DNA from: Lingula anatina
Taxonomy: Eukaryota; Animalia; Brachiopoda
NCBI GenBank assembly: GCA_051362555.1
Contig: CM120647.1
Coordinates: forward strand, 558,001-622,000
Direction: 5' to 3'
DNA: 64,000 bases
Below are positions 53,345 to 64,000 of this stretch, one piece after another; the first letter of the stretch is position 1; each line of letters begins with the position of its first letter. Both the position numbers and the translations under genes were made by a program. The notes beneath the pieces were generated by a model. It was not told the DNA's origin, ran no database searches, and worked only from the letters and a program-made list of their open reading frames with translations.

Positions 53345-54362
53345 ATGGCAACAGCAAGGTCACTCTCCAACCCTGACAAGGAGAATTTTTTTCGTATGAG
53401 TGTTTTAATTGTAGATTATGCATTGAAAGTATTGCAAGATGTTCTTCAAAAAGAGCTTGAAAATAGGTATCCTAATTTACTTGACCCTAACACAGGGTTG
53501 TTATGTAGTGTGCTTGGTGATGCAACTGTCAGGACAACACTGTTTGGATTACCATCAAGAGTGTTTAATTACCACCAACGAAACCAGCTGTACCCTGCTA
53601 GGAATCCCTCCACATCAATAACTATTGGTGATTTAGACATCACACTGACTGTGCTTTTGCTGAGAAATATCACATCATTGAACCCACGTCCAGGGTTGAA
53701 TGCATGGGACAACCCCTCTGACGCAGATACATCAACAGAAGCCACGATTGGGAAAGTTAAAAGATATCGAAACATTGTGTATGGCCATGCTAACAAGGCA
53801 GCAATAAGTGATCAAGATTTTAGGGCACATTTCTCAGATCTCAAGTCCATTTTGCGGTCTCTCTCTAGTAAGTTTACCAGTGAGGACTATGATTCCATCT
53901 TGTCTGAACCTTTCAATGCTGCTTCACTGGAGGAAAACCAGACCATTCTGAAAGAATGGTATAATTATGACAAAGATATGAAAGATTATTTGATGAGCAT
54001 GCAAGCTACATTGGAAGAAAGTCATGAACAAATCATACATGGGTTGAAAGAAAGTGAAACAAAGTTGCAGGACCATGTAGAACAGGTTCATAAAAGAAGT
54101 GAAGACACTATTCTTAGGAAGATGGACAGTGACAATCAGAATACACATAATCAACTTGAGGAAATCTCTCAAGGAATCACACATGTGAACGTAGATCAGT
54201 CAGAGATGGCCGACCAACTCCAACAGTCACAGAAGTTCATGGAAGAGGTCACAAATGCACAGAAAGAAGACTCACAGAATATACAAGCTCAGCTGGAAAA
54301 AGGAAGAGAAGAACTTGCATCTTTAAGATCAACACAAGGTCTGCACCTTCAAATGACAAAAG
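53345..54362 (+). CDS. Coding exon 1: DZIP3-type HEPN domain plus coiled coil
   Basis: ENFFRMSVLIVD, NQLYP, DLDITLTVLLLRNI, WDNPSDADTS, KRYRNIVYGH (R-x5-H), ISDQDF, typical of HEPN_DZIP3, then heptad-rich E/Q/K region. Acceptor TTTCAG at 53303, ATG 53345, donor AAAG|GTATGA (phase 1). Confidence 0.85.
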
Positions 54363-54565
54363 GTATGACCATATGTATTTTATGGTTTAGACATTTTCTT
54401 TAATATCAATGAAATTTATGCACGGTTGAATTTTTGTGGTTGACAATCTGATTCAGGAACAACTCTATCTCTGATATTTTCTTGCCTCTAATTGAGTTTG
54501 AAATGATGTTTACAACATAACACTGCAGATAAAATACAACTTGAGACCTTCTATGTTGTTTTCAG

Positions 54566-54634
54566 AAATGCAAGAAAATGTCCAGACAATATGTGACAGA
54601 GACCGAGATACACCAGAATTTCAGAAAATTCCAG
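54566..54634 (+). CDS. Coding exon 2 (69-bp linker, phase 1-1)
   Basis: TTTCAG|AA...CCAG|GTAGTA; open frame EMQENVQTICDRDRDTPEFQKIP joining exons 1 and 3 in frame. Confidence 0.7.
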
Positions 54635-54928
54635 GTAGTATGCAGCAATAACTTCAAGCCAGAAGAAACCTAATTGAGTATTTTTTTATTAAACTTTATT
54701 TTTGAATATAATAATAAGAAAACCCATGAGTGTATCATGCAAAATATAAAGTAAGAGAATATGGGTGAAAGGTTTCACCAGGCAGCTTACTTTGTTACAT
54801 TTCTGTTGAATCTTCCCCAAAACCACCTGACAAAAAGAATACATTCATATTGTGAAGTAGGGAAAAAGTTCTGCAACTTGTATGTCATAGATTACTTTAT
54901 GCCTATAAATCTTAATTTCAAATTCCAG

Positions 54929-55597
54929 GCTCAGTGGATCTTGACATCCATATGAGGATCAGTCCTTCAGGCATGGAAACAGTCAAATCATCAGCTATCT
55001 TCTCCAGTAGTCAGAAGACACCAAGTCCAGAGGACACTCAGCCAGACAGGGAACCCTTACCCTCGGTGACAGGTGGAGGAAGTGAGGAAGACCAGATCAC
55101 TGGAATAGCAGCTCATCTGGAAGGTGAGGCAATTAAGAACATAACTCAGACAGAGAGCTCTGATGAAGCACCAACTGCCTCATCTCCTTCAGAATCAGCT
55201 GTACATATACCTCTTCCAGAAGATACCACCCCTCTATGTGAAGCCAGAGACTTACACTTCATGAAAATGAGTGAGACTATAATGTCACGCACAACAAACT
55301 TTGAAGACATTGAGAAGGCTATTGGATACATAAAGGAATATCATGCAATGTTATATGATACAAAGCGCCAGTGTTTTATCCTCCGCTTGGTTTGTCCGTC
55401 AGTGCACTCACTGGACCAGCTGTGGCAAAGTTATCACTGCGGTGAGCTACAGGCAGCTGTAAAAGAAAGTTTTGTCAACATCAAGAACCTGGAGGATTTG
55501 GGCCTGAGCCACAGCGACATCAATTTTTGGGTTGAAATGGAGGAAGATGATTACATTGAATGTAGGAAATACATAAAGGAAAATACAGAGTTGAAAG
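54929..55597 (+). CDS. Coding exon 3: Ser/Pro/Glu-rich linker plus TRADD-N-like domain
   Basis: TTCCAG|GC ... AAAG|GTATC, phase 1-1. CFILRLVCPSVHSLDQLWQSYHCGELQAAVKESFV...L.....F.VEMEEDDY..C resembles invertebrate TRADD-N-like domains. Confidence 0.75.
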
Positions 55598-55721
55598 GTA
55601 TCAATTTTTTAAAAACTTCATCTTTTTTTAATTTATGATTTAGCTATTTAGTAAAAGACATCCCCCACACACAGACCCTCTCATAGTAAATGTACTTTAC
55701 TTTTATTTCAACAAATTATAG

Positions 55722-56018
55722 CAATGATTTACGAAGACTTGAAGATGACAGTTCGTAAAGGTCCACATGGCAGTGCAGAGCAGACTATATACGGCATACG
55801 CCGAGCCCTGATGGCAGCTTTCAGTCTACGGAAAGAAGACATTCTGATCAAATGGTGGGACTATGGACGTCCTGGTGACTCTGCTGTCATATGTTATGGT
55901 ATACAACCTCATCACGTGGATCACATTGATGACAATGTCCAGGATTTACCCCAAGATGTCCTCCGTGACCTAGGAGGATTGACCATCACTATCGGCACAA
56001 ACACTTTAAAATTGACAG
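55722..56018 (+). CDS. Coding exon 4: ~99-aa alpha/beta module; gene continues downstream
   Basis: TTATAG|CA ... ACAG|GTCAGA, phase 1-1, open frame. IRRALMAAFSL....I....G..DSAVICYGI pattern recalls a second TRADD-N-like module. Confidence 0.65.
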
Positions 56019-56769
56019 GTCAGATATTTTTCTATTTTCATTGTTTATTGTTTTAATATTATAATTATAACATTTATTTGCGACCATAAGTTGGATGGTA
56101 TATTAATAATATAAACTGGGAGTGATGATCACCACCATCAGCACACAGACTTTACGAGTAGCAGGTCAGATATTTTACATTTACTTGCAAGTTATATAAT
56201 ACTAAAATGGTATGTCTAATAAAAAATATTAGACATATAACACTTTCTAAAGTACATTTTCAAGAGCTGCATTAATATTTAATTTTTGGATGTAGTTGTT
56301 TAAATCATTACTAGTACTGAAAAGTCTTCAATGCCAAGGGAATACTCGGTAGAAGTCCTTTAGCGTCTCACTATCCTCAGTTTTGGCACTTTTAATACCT
56401 GGGCATTTCATAATTTATAACAATGTTCACTCCATTTTGGTAAAAAATTGGTGGGTTTTGTGGTCACTAATGTACTTTTTTATTGCATTTTTACACCACT
56501 CATTGCACCAACATTGTAGTGGTATAGTATTAGTTGTTTGAAGTGCTTTTTGGTATGGATTTCCAGGATACAATATTTAAAAAATATTTTTTATGGATTT
56601 TAATTTATCACTAATACTTTTGGTGAGGCCAAGGTGTAAACCAACATTGGTCTTATTATTGCCACGTAAATGCTTGGTAACTCCTTTACTGCTACATGCA
56701 TGCTGGTACAGAAATGAAAGTCTGCTAGGAACCATTGTCCACCTACTATTACTTTATACAGGTGACATT

Positions 56770-56950
56770 CATCCCATATACTAATCCCAAAACTCCAATT
56801 AACCCAAACCTGTACTAATCAAATGGGACCCGGACTTCCATTCCTACGATTACCATTCCTGTCACACCGGTGTAACAGTAACGCAAGTCCACTAGAAACC
56901 GAGGTCCAAAGGACCACTATTCCTAATGGGGCCTAATGGGGCCTGCATTC
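56770..56950. mobile_element. Two abutting Ginger-like termini
   Basis: ...CCTGTCACA CCGG TGTAACAG... at 56858-56878. Confidence 0.45.
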
Positions 56951-56957
56951 GTGTTCT

Positions 56958-59900
56958 TTTTTATGTACAGACACAGATGTGTCTGTACATATAGCCATCA
57001 TCTGCGTCTGTCGTCGCCGTCGTTGCCGTCGTTGCCGTCGCCGTGCACTTTTACCGATAACACGATAAGTGGAAAACTGTTTTTTCTTTTGGTTTGAAAC
57101 TTACAGAACTGATGAATATTCATAATATGCAGGTCAAGTTCCAAAATCAGCATGATCGGGTCACTTTTAGGGAATTTAAGCTGTTTTTTTCACTTTTTTC
57201 AGCATATATGCAGCACCGATAACACGATAAGTGGAAAACCATTTTACCTTTTGGCTTGAAACTTACAGAACTGGTAAATCTTCATAATACGCAGGTCAAG
57301 TTCAAAAATCAGCATGATCGGGCCATTTTTATGGACGTTATGCTGTTTTTTCACTTTTTTCCAGAATATATGCAACCCTGATAACACGATAAGTGAAAAA
57401 CTACTTTACTTTTTGGCTTGAAACTTACAAAACTGATGAATATTCATAATATGCAGGTCAAGTTCGAAAATCAGCATGATCGAGCCACTTTTATGGAAGT
57501 TATGCTGTTTTATCATTTTTTTTCAGCATATATGCAACACTGATAACACAATATAAGAAAAAAAAAACAGATAGGCCAATTGTCACTGTACTCACAGGAG
57601 TAGTCAATCTTACTAAAACGCAGGTTGAGTTAAAAAATCAGCATAATCGGGTCATTATTTTAGAAGTTATGATTTTTTTCACATTTCCTCAGATTCAATT
57701 CTTAGACATGTTAATAGTCTCATTATTTAACTAATAAGATACATAAAAGTGTTTGTTTGACATGTCCTGTATCTTTACAACATTGTTAGTTAATTATATA
57801 AAAATGATGGTAAACTTGTCATCATGTATTGTGTAATAAAGTATCAAAAATGGAAATAAACATAACAATGCAGTTTGTCAGATTCAATCATCCACTATGT
57901 TCAGAATCTCAGAATGGAGGAAATTAGACATTTTAGACTGTTCTATTGATATTTTTCCCATCTCATCAATTTTTTCAGTTGGTCATATAAAAAAGGCAGT
58001 AAACTGTTTATTTTGTTTTATGTTAAAAAAGTGTTAAAAATGGAAATAAACCCATTTCAGAACAGTGCTGTCTTGTTTACATTTTGGCATTTTCAAGATG
58101 CGACTTTGCAAGTTCCATGGACCTGAAGACCTTTGCTAGTCACATTTTCTGAATATCCATGATACTAATATTTTATTATTAAAAATTGATGGTCATTATG
58201 CTGTTAACCATTATGTAATATTGCATCAAAATGTGAAGAAACCCCTATTTTGGACACTGCTCCCATGATGACCATTTAAGGAAAATCATGTCACTTACTG
58301 TTCTCAAACTTACAGGAAAGAAACATGGGACTAAAATACAGCTCCAGTAGGCAATGCAGTCTGTTTGGTAAATTTTTCTGGCAATTAAACAGTTTTTTGT
58401 GAAAATTTAATTTTTCACTTATTGGCATTTTCAAGGAGTGATTTAGAACCTCCACGGGCTTGAAGACCCATGCTAGTCACATTTTCTGAAAATCCATGAT
58501 AAGTTTATTTTATTATAAAGAATTGCTTCTTATTATGCTGTTAAGCATAATGTAATGTTGGATCAAAATAGAAGAAAATGCAACTTTTGGTGCTGCTGCC
58601 ATGATGACCATTATGGGAAAACCATGTTACTTATGACTGTCAAACTTTCAAAAAAGAAACACAGGACTAAAATGCAGCCTGAGTTGGAAAAGCAGTCTAA
58701 TTGGCTTCTTTTTCTGGAAGTTATACATTTCAGTGAAATATTCATTATTATTGTTTTGGTATATTCATTGTGGGACTCCCATGGACATGAAGCCGAATGG
58801 TAATCAAATTTTCTACATGTCCATGCTATTTATAGTCAATAATCAAAAATTGGTGATAATTATTCTGTAATTTATTACGTAATGTTACAGCAAAATTGAC
58901 AAAAATCTTTTTGCACTGCTGCTACAAACATTATGAAAAGAAAACTGTGTTACTTATAATTATTTTTAATTTACAAGTATGGTTTTTTAGGATTGGCATG
59001 CAGTTTAAGTTAGAAAGCCAGCTCAATTGGGTTATCAATTATTATTGAATTTATGTAATTTTGTGTGAAATTTTCATTTTTCTCATTCTGGCATATTCAA
59101 AGTGTGAACTTGAACTCCTATGGGCCAGAAGCCTTATGCTTTTACTTTCGTCGGTGTTACCTGTTGTGCATAATTAAAATTTGATGTTGACTGTGCAGTT
59201 AAACATAATGTATTATTGCATCAGAATTGGTAGTCTCCTATTTTGTGCATTATTGTTTTGTGCTTTTCTTAAGATGTGACTTATAGGCCTGAAAGACCTT
59301 TGAGAGGGTCAGTCTGTTAATATCCCTTGGGTATCACTTAGCTAATTTCTGAGTTATAAAGTCATTTGCCTAATTGATAGACCATTAAATGAGATTACAT
59401 AAAGCACACCTGTTGATATTTCCTTGTAAACTCCCAAAAGTTAAGCTCTCTGCTATATTATTAATAAGGAAGCAGTGATAATTATACAGGTTATTATATA
59501 TATATATATATATATATACAATCGAAGATTAAAAGTTTGAATAGCAGCTTCATTGGAATTATATTTACCTCTGCCAAGGAGGTTATATTTTCACCCCTGT
59601 TTGTCTGTCATCAACATAACTCAAAAACTTATGGACCGATTTTGCTGAAATTTTCAGAATTGGGCCAAAGAGGACAATGATTAGTTTTTAGTGGTGGTCT
59701 GGCTCAATAATCAATCAATAATCAATAATAATCAGCAATTGCTGCCTTGGCAGAGGTCTGCGCTGTGGTTTTCTAGTTTTGTTATGTTTTCCTTTACAAT
59801 TTTTTTCTCAAGCACTTGCATTTGTGACTTTTAACTCTCATCCGCCCGAGGCTCTGCACATTTTCTGTATTTTTCAAATATTGGGATTGATTTTCATTAT

Positions 59901-60273
59901 GTGAATTTGAACTCTCATGGTCCAGAAACTGTCATCTTATTGCAAGGGTGGATTGAGGCCGTCTTCTGGGTCTTTCAGATGATGGTAAGATTTTAAAGTT
60001 TACATTGACTGGTATCAATTTTTTTCTGTTGGAAGACCATCAGAAGTGGAGGATGGATCAACAAAGATACTTTGGAATACTGTCAGAAAATATCTCTGGA
60101 TCTGCTCCTGTTATTGACCATGTTACCTGTTGTGCATGATTAAAATCAGTGTTAACTGACTGTGCTATTATAAGCATTATTTATTATTGTATCAAAATTG
60201 ACAAAATGACCTATTTTGCACCTTTATTTTCTGTTTTTTTGTCTGTACATTTGACAGCTTTGCTGCCTTGTTT
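56958..60273 (+). mobile_element. HINE-like element, copy B (fewer internal repeats)
   Basis: Same termini and body as 11097-14912; repeat starts at 57056/57218/57380/57542; independent flanks. Confidence 0.85.
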
Positions 60274-60286
60274 AAATAATAGATAG

Positions 60287-60456
60287 CAGGCCCATAGCCA
60301 GGGGGGTTTGGGGGGTTCGAAAGATCCACCCCTTTTGCTGGGAAAAAGTTCCACTCTGGGTAAAATTTGATCTAGGTAGGTAGAGTTTTTATGGGAAAGG
60401 GTCCACTTTTTTTTAGAAAAAGAACCCCCCTTTTGAAATTGCTGGCTACAGGCATG
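60287..60456. mobile_element. MITE
   Basis: CAGGCCCATAGCCAG / CTGGCTACAGGCATG termini; GATAG on both flanks. Confidence 0.7.
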
Positions 60457-61039
60457 GATAGGCCTTGTATAACTAGCTGACATACATTCCTGCTACAATC
60501 CTAATCTATGTCCGTCCAGTATGATGTCCAATCATTACGCAATAACATGTTATTTGCACTGTAAAGTCATAGTAATGACCATGATTAGGAAAGATATTTT
60601 TACTTTTGAAATCGGAAGCTTTCCCAGCTCATCTGGTCTTCCTGTTCATCTTGTTTTTTATCTTTATTAATTTTTTAAAAAAATTCATTATCTTTTTTTT
60701 TTGTAAATGTAAATTGTTATATACGATGCTTTTTATCCCAGATACCATATCTCACATGATTAATGGTTCAGAAAATACCAAAAAAAATGTTGAAAATATG
60801 CACATTTTATCCCATTTAGTAAAAAATTATAACAGGTACCCCCTCAAATCCAATGTTTCACTGTGATTTCTACAGATGGAAAAAATGTCTATTAAATTGA
60901 AAAGAGGCCATCAAATGTCACCAAATTTACACACAATTAGCATTAGGGTGTGCTCAAGTGCCTAATAGTCACGTGATTAATAGCGTGTGCGTTTACAGCG
61001 TACTGCAATTATCTCCTGTATATGGCGTGACATAGATGA

Positions 61040-61900
61040 CCCCCCATCGAAGACAAACCCTTCTTTTTTAAAGAACTATACAGTAAGGGGGCAATGCATG
61101 TACAAGATATTTTCAAAGAGGAAAAAACAATGTTCACATACGATAAATTTCGAAAAAAACGTATGAGGTGAATGTAAATTATTTAGATTTTTTCAGTATT
61201 GTCAGTGCATTAAAAAGGTACAACGTAATATGCATTGCTTTGGAACATGTCCTAGTTTGCCTCACATTGAACTTATAGAGAAACGTGTAAAACCCTAAAA
61301 AGTAATTTATTTAGATTTGCTGAATAAACATAGTGCTTACCCGATGAAGGCTATGAATTTTTGGAAACAAGAGTTAATAACACACCTGAATGTACATATG
61401 TTTTCAGACTATTTAAAAGTGGTCGATGAATGTACCAATTCAAGTAAATTCAGAGATTTTCAATATAGTCTTAATAATGAGCTAATTACTCTTACTCGAC
61501 TATATAACTGGAATAAGACAGAAACAGCAAACTGCTCCTTTTGCAATTATGCAGAAGAAACAATTGTGCACCTGTTTATAAAGTGTGAATATAGTAAAAA
61601 GATTCGGTTGAATCTGCAGGACCTACAGTGTACTAAAAGAAGGACTTGAATTTGAATTTTATTTAGATAACACAGCAAATATTTTAGGAATTTTAGATCA
61701 CGGACATAGAAATATTAAATTTTCTTACGATAATAACAAAGCAATATCTCCATGCATGCTGTTGCCAATTAAGAAAACCTAATATACAAGTGCTTAAATA
61801 TAAGTTTGAAATGACCAAAAAGGTGAAATATAAGATTTGACTGGGAGAAGTTGGACATACATTACAAAAAATGGTCTTGTCTGGGTAGAAAGGGAGTTTT
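61040..61900 (+). pseudogene. 3' fragment of L1/Tx1-type LINE ORF2 (zf-RVT)
   Basis: KFRDFQY..NNELIT..RLY.W......CSFCNYAEETIVHLFIKC; frameshifted flanks. Confidence 0.8.
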
Positions 61901-63762
61901 TTCAATGTTTTAGACTGGTATATGAGTGTTGGATTTTTCATCAGAATTTTTAAACCTTATTGCTAGACATATTTGCTTGATAATGTGCTAAAGCCACATA
62001 TTCCTGTGCAGCTTTATAGGTTATATATCGATAATACATTATGTATAATGTGTGTACTTAATGGTGTTAAACAGATAAGATTGAATTTGATTGTTATTGG
62101 TTGTAATAGGCGTTGCTGTCTTCTTGTCACTGTAACGGGTTCTGAAGGCTACTGTCACCGCTCTGCACGCATTCATGTGTGTGTTTGTGTGTGTGTGGGT
62201 GGTGCGTTTGTACGTGTTGTTGTATCCAATGCATGTGGCTGCCGATTGGTCACGTCTTGACCATGGCCACCACCTGGTGAATGACGTGGTAATAAATGAA
62301 AGTATATGGAAGAAGCACATGGCGAGTTCAATTGAGTTATGTTAAATCGGTCATAACATTGGCGACGAGGACGGGATAGAAATAGAAATACTAACATGGC
62401 ACAGGGAGACCCCCGATTCAATACATCCACGTGGCAGGAATTGTTCTGCACGTCACACCGTTTAATCCACCGGAAAATCGACTAAATACCGGACCAGCAT
62501 GGGAAACATGGCTGGAGGAATTCGAAGAAGAAATGCAGTTGCAAAAAGTGCAAGAAGCAGACAAGGTAACTTGCCTTAGGGTGTTCCGGTGGGAAAGAGA
62601 TAAGAAACAAAATAAAATACTTACCAGATCCTCCAGTAATTGAAGATGAAGAAAGTGCATACCAGAAGGAGGTACGAAAACTGAACCTTCACTATAAACC
62701 GAAGCAAAATAAAATGCATAGTGTATATGTATTCAATAAAACAACGAGGATCCCAGGAGAAACCATAGCTTCATTCACTGCCAGGTTGAGAGAAAAAGAT
62801 TTGACTGGGAGAAGTTGGACATACATTACAAAAAATGGTCTTGTCTGGGTATAAAGGGAGTTTTTTCAATGTTTTAGACTGGTATATGAGTGTTGGATTT
62901 TTCATCAGAATTTTTAAACCTTATTGCTAGACATATTTGCTTGATAATGTGCTAAAGCCACATATTCCTGTGCAGCTTTATAGGTTATATATCGATAATA
63001 CATTATGTATAATGTGTGTACTTAATGGTGTTAAACAGATAAGATTGAATTTGATTGTTATTGGTTGTAATAGGCGTTGCTGTCTTCTTGTCACTGTAAC
63101 GGGTTCTGAAGGCTACTGTCACCGCTCTGCACGCATTCATGTGTGTGTTTGTGTGTGTGTGGGTGGTGCGTTTGTACGTGTTGTTGTATCCAATGCATGT
63201 GGCTGCCGATTGGTCACGTCTTGACCATGGCCACCACCTGGTGAATGACGTGGTAATAAATGAAAGTATATGGAAGAAGCACATGGCGAGTTCAATTGAG
63301 TTATGTTAAATCGGTCATAACATTGGCGACGAGGACGGGATAGAAATAGAAATACTAACATGGCACAGGGAGACCCCCGATTCAATACATCCACGTGGCA
63401 GGAATTGTTCTGCACGTCACACCGTTTAATCCACCGGAAAATCGACTAAATACCGGACCAGCATGGGAAACATGGCTGGAGGAATTCGAAGAAGAAATGC
63501 AGTTGCAAAAAGTGCAAGAAGCAGACAAGGTAACTTGCCTTAGGGTGTTCCGGTGGGAAAGAGATAAGAAACAAAATAAAATACTTACCAGATCCTCCAG
63601 TAATTGAAGATGAAGAAAGTGCATACCAGAAGGAGGTACGAAAACTGAACCTTCACTATAAACCGAAGCAAAATAAAATGCATAGTGTATATGTATTCAA
63701 TAAAACAACGAGGATCCCAGGAGAAACCATAGCTTCATTCACTGCCAGGTTGAGAGAAAAAG
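61832..63762. repeat. 964-bp direct tandem duplication
   Basis: 61832-62795 repeats as 62796-63759 (+AAG microhomology); ORF pairs are offset by exactly 964; I noticed one substitution (GGGTAGAAA vs GGGTATAAA). Confidence 0.95.
62092..62798 (+). mobile_element. Gypsy 5' LTR, PBS and gag start (first, truncated copy)
   Basis: LTR TGTTAT...ATAACA (62092-62358); PBS TGGCGACGAGGACGGGAT (tRNA-Ser-like); gag fragment PFNPPE..TGPAWETWLEEFE. Confidence 0.8.
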
Positions 63763-64000
63763 CTGAACATTGTGATTTTGGTGAGAATGCAGACGCTCGT
63801 ATTTTAGAAAGGATAATTCAGACTATGGATGATAAACAGATCGTAACTAAAGCCATTCAAAGAAATTGGAACTTAGAAACCTTAATCCAAGAAGTGAGCC
63901 AGAAAGAAGATTTAAACAAAGAAGTTGACAATATGAGAAATGAATTTAAAGTGGCAAAAATCTCGGATGGAGTCAGCGTCAAACCTAAAAGAAGATACCC
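63056..64000 (+). mobile_element. Gypsy 5' LTR, PBS and frameshifted gag running off the window end
   Basis: LTR 63056-63322, same PBS; gag continues GETIASFTARLREKAEHCDFGE..ILERIIQT. Confidence 0.85.

Noticed and set aside
53333-54403. 356-aa ORF as a complete single-exon gene
   Set aside because: The GTG start is not eukaryote-typical (ATG at 53345), and the last residues are intron read-through past the donor at 54362/54363.
11097-60273. Segmental duplication linking the IRG and HEPN regions via the 3.3-3.8-kb shared block
   Set aside because: Similarity stops at the HINE termini and the flanks differ, so these are independent insertions and give no support for a gene-scale duplication.

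Overview
AT-rich eukaryotic DNA, most likely from an invertebrate metazoan (mollusc/lophotrochozoan-like repeats and gene families; this is an inference). There are no prokaryotic features, rRNA, tRNA genes or CRISPR arrays. Most of the window is transposable-element debris, often nested: Helentron-associated (HINE-like) elements with internal satellites, a Ginger1 with CCGG TSD carrying two Academ insertions, BEL/Pao and two Gypsy/Mag fragments, two LINE fragments, Tc1, Harbinger-like and other MITEs, and a SWIM-transposase remnant. The host-gene content is immune-like and all on the + strand. It comprises a decayed 42-aa TPR array (~17.3-17.9 kb), an intact terminal exon encoding an immunity-related (IRG/p47/IIGP) GTPase with altered G3 and G4 motifs (18859-20186), and the first four coding exons (all phase-1 introns) of a gene encoding a DZIP3-type HEPN domain, a coiled coil and TRADD-N-like module(s) (53345-56018, incomplete). 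The most unusual structure is a head-to-tail dimer of a 4.36-kb non-coding element flanked by TA, with asymmetric ends and deep sub-terminal inverted repeats (1329-10089). A near-identical 964-bp tandem duplication lies at the right end.
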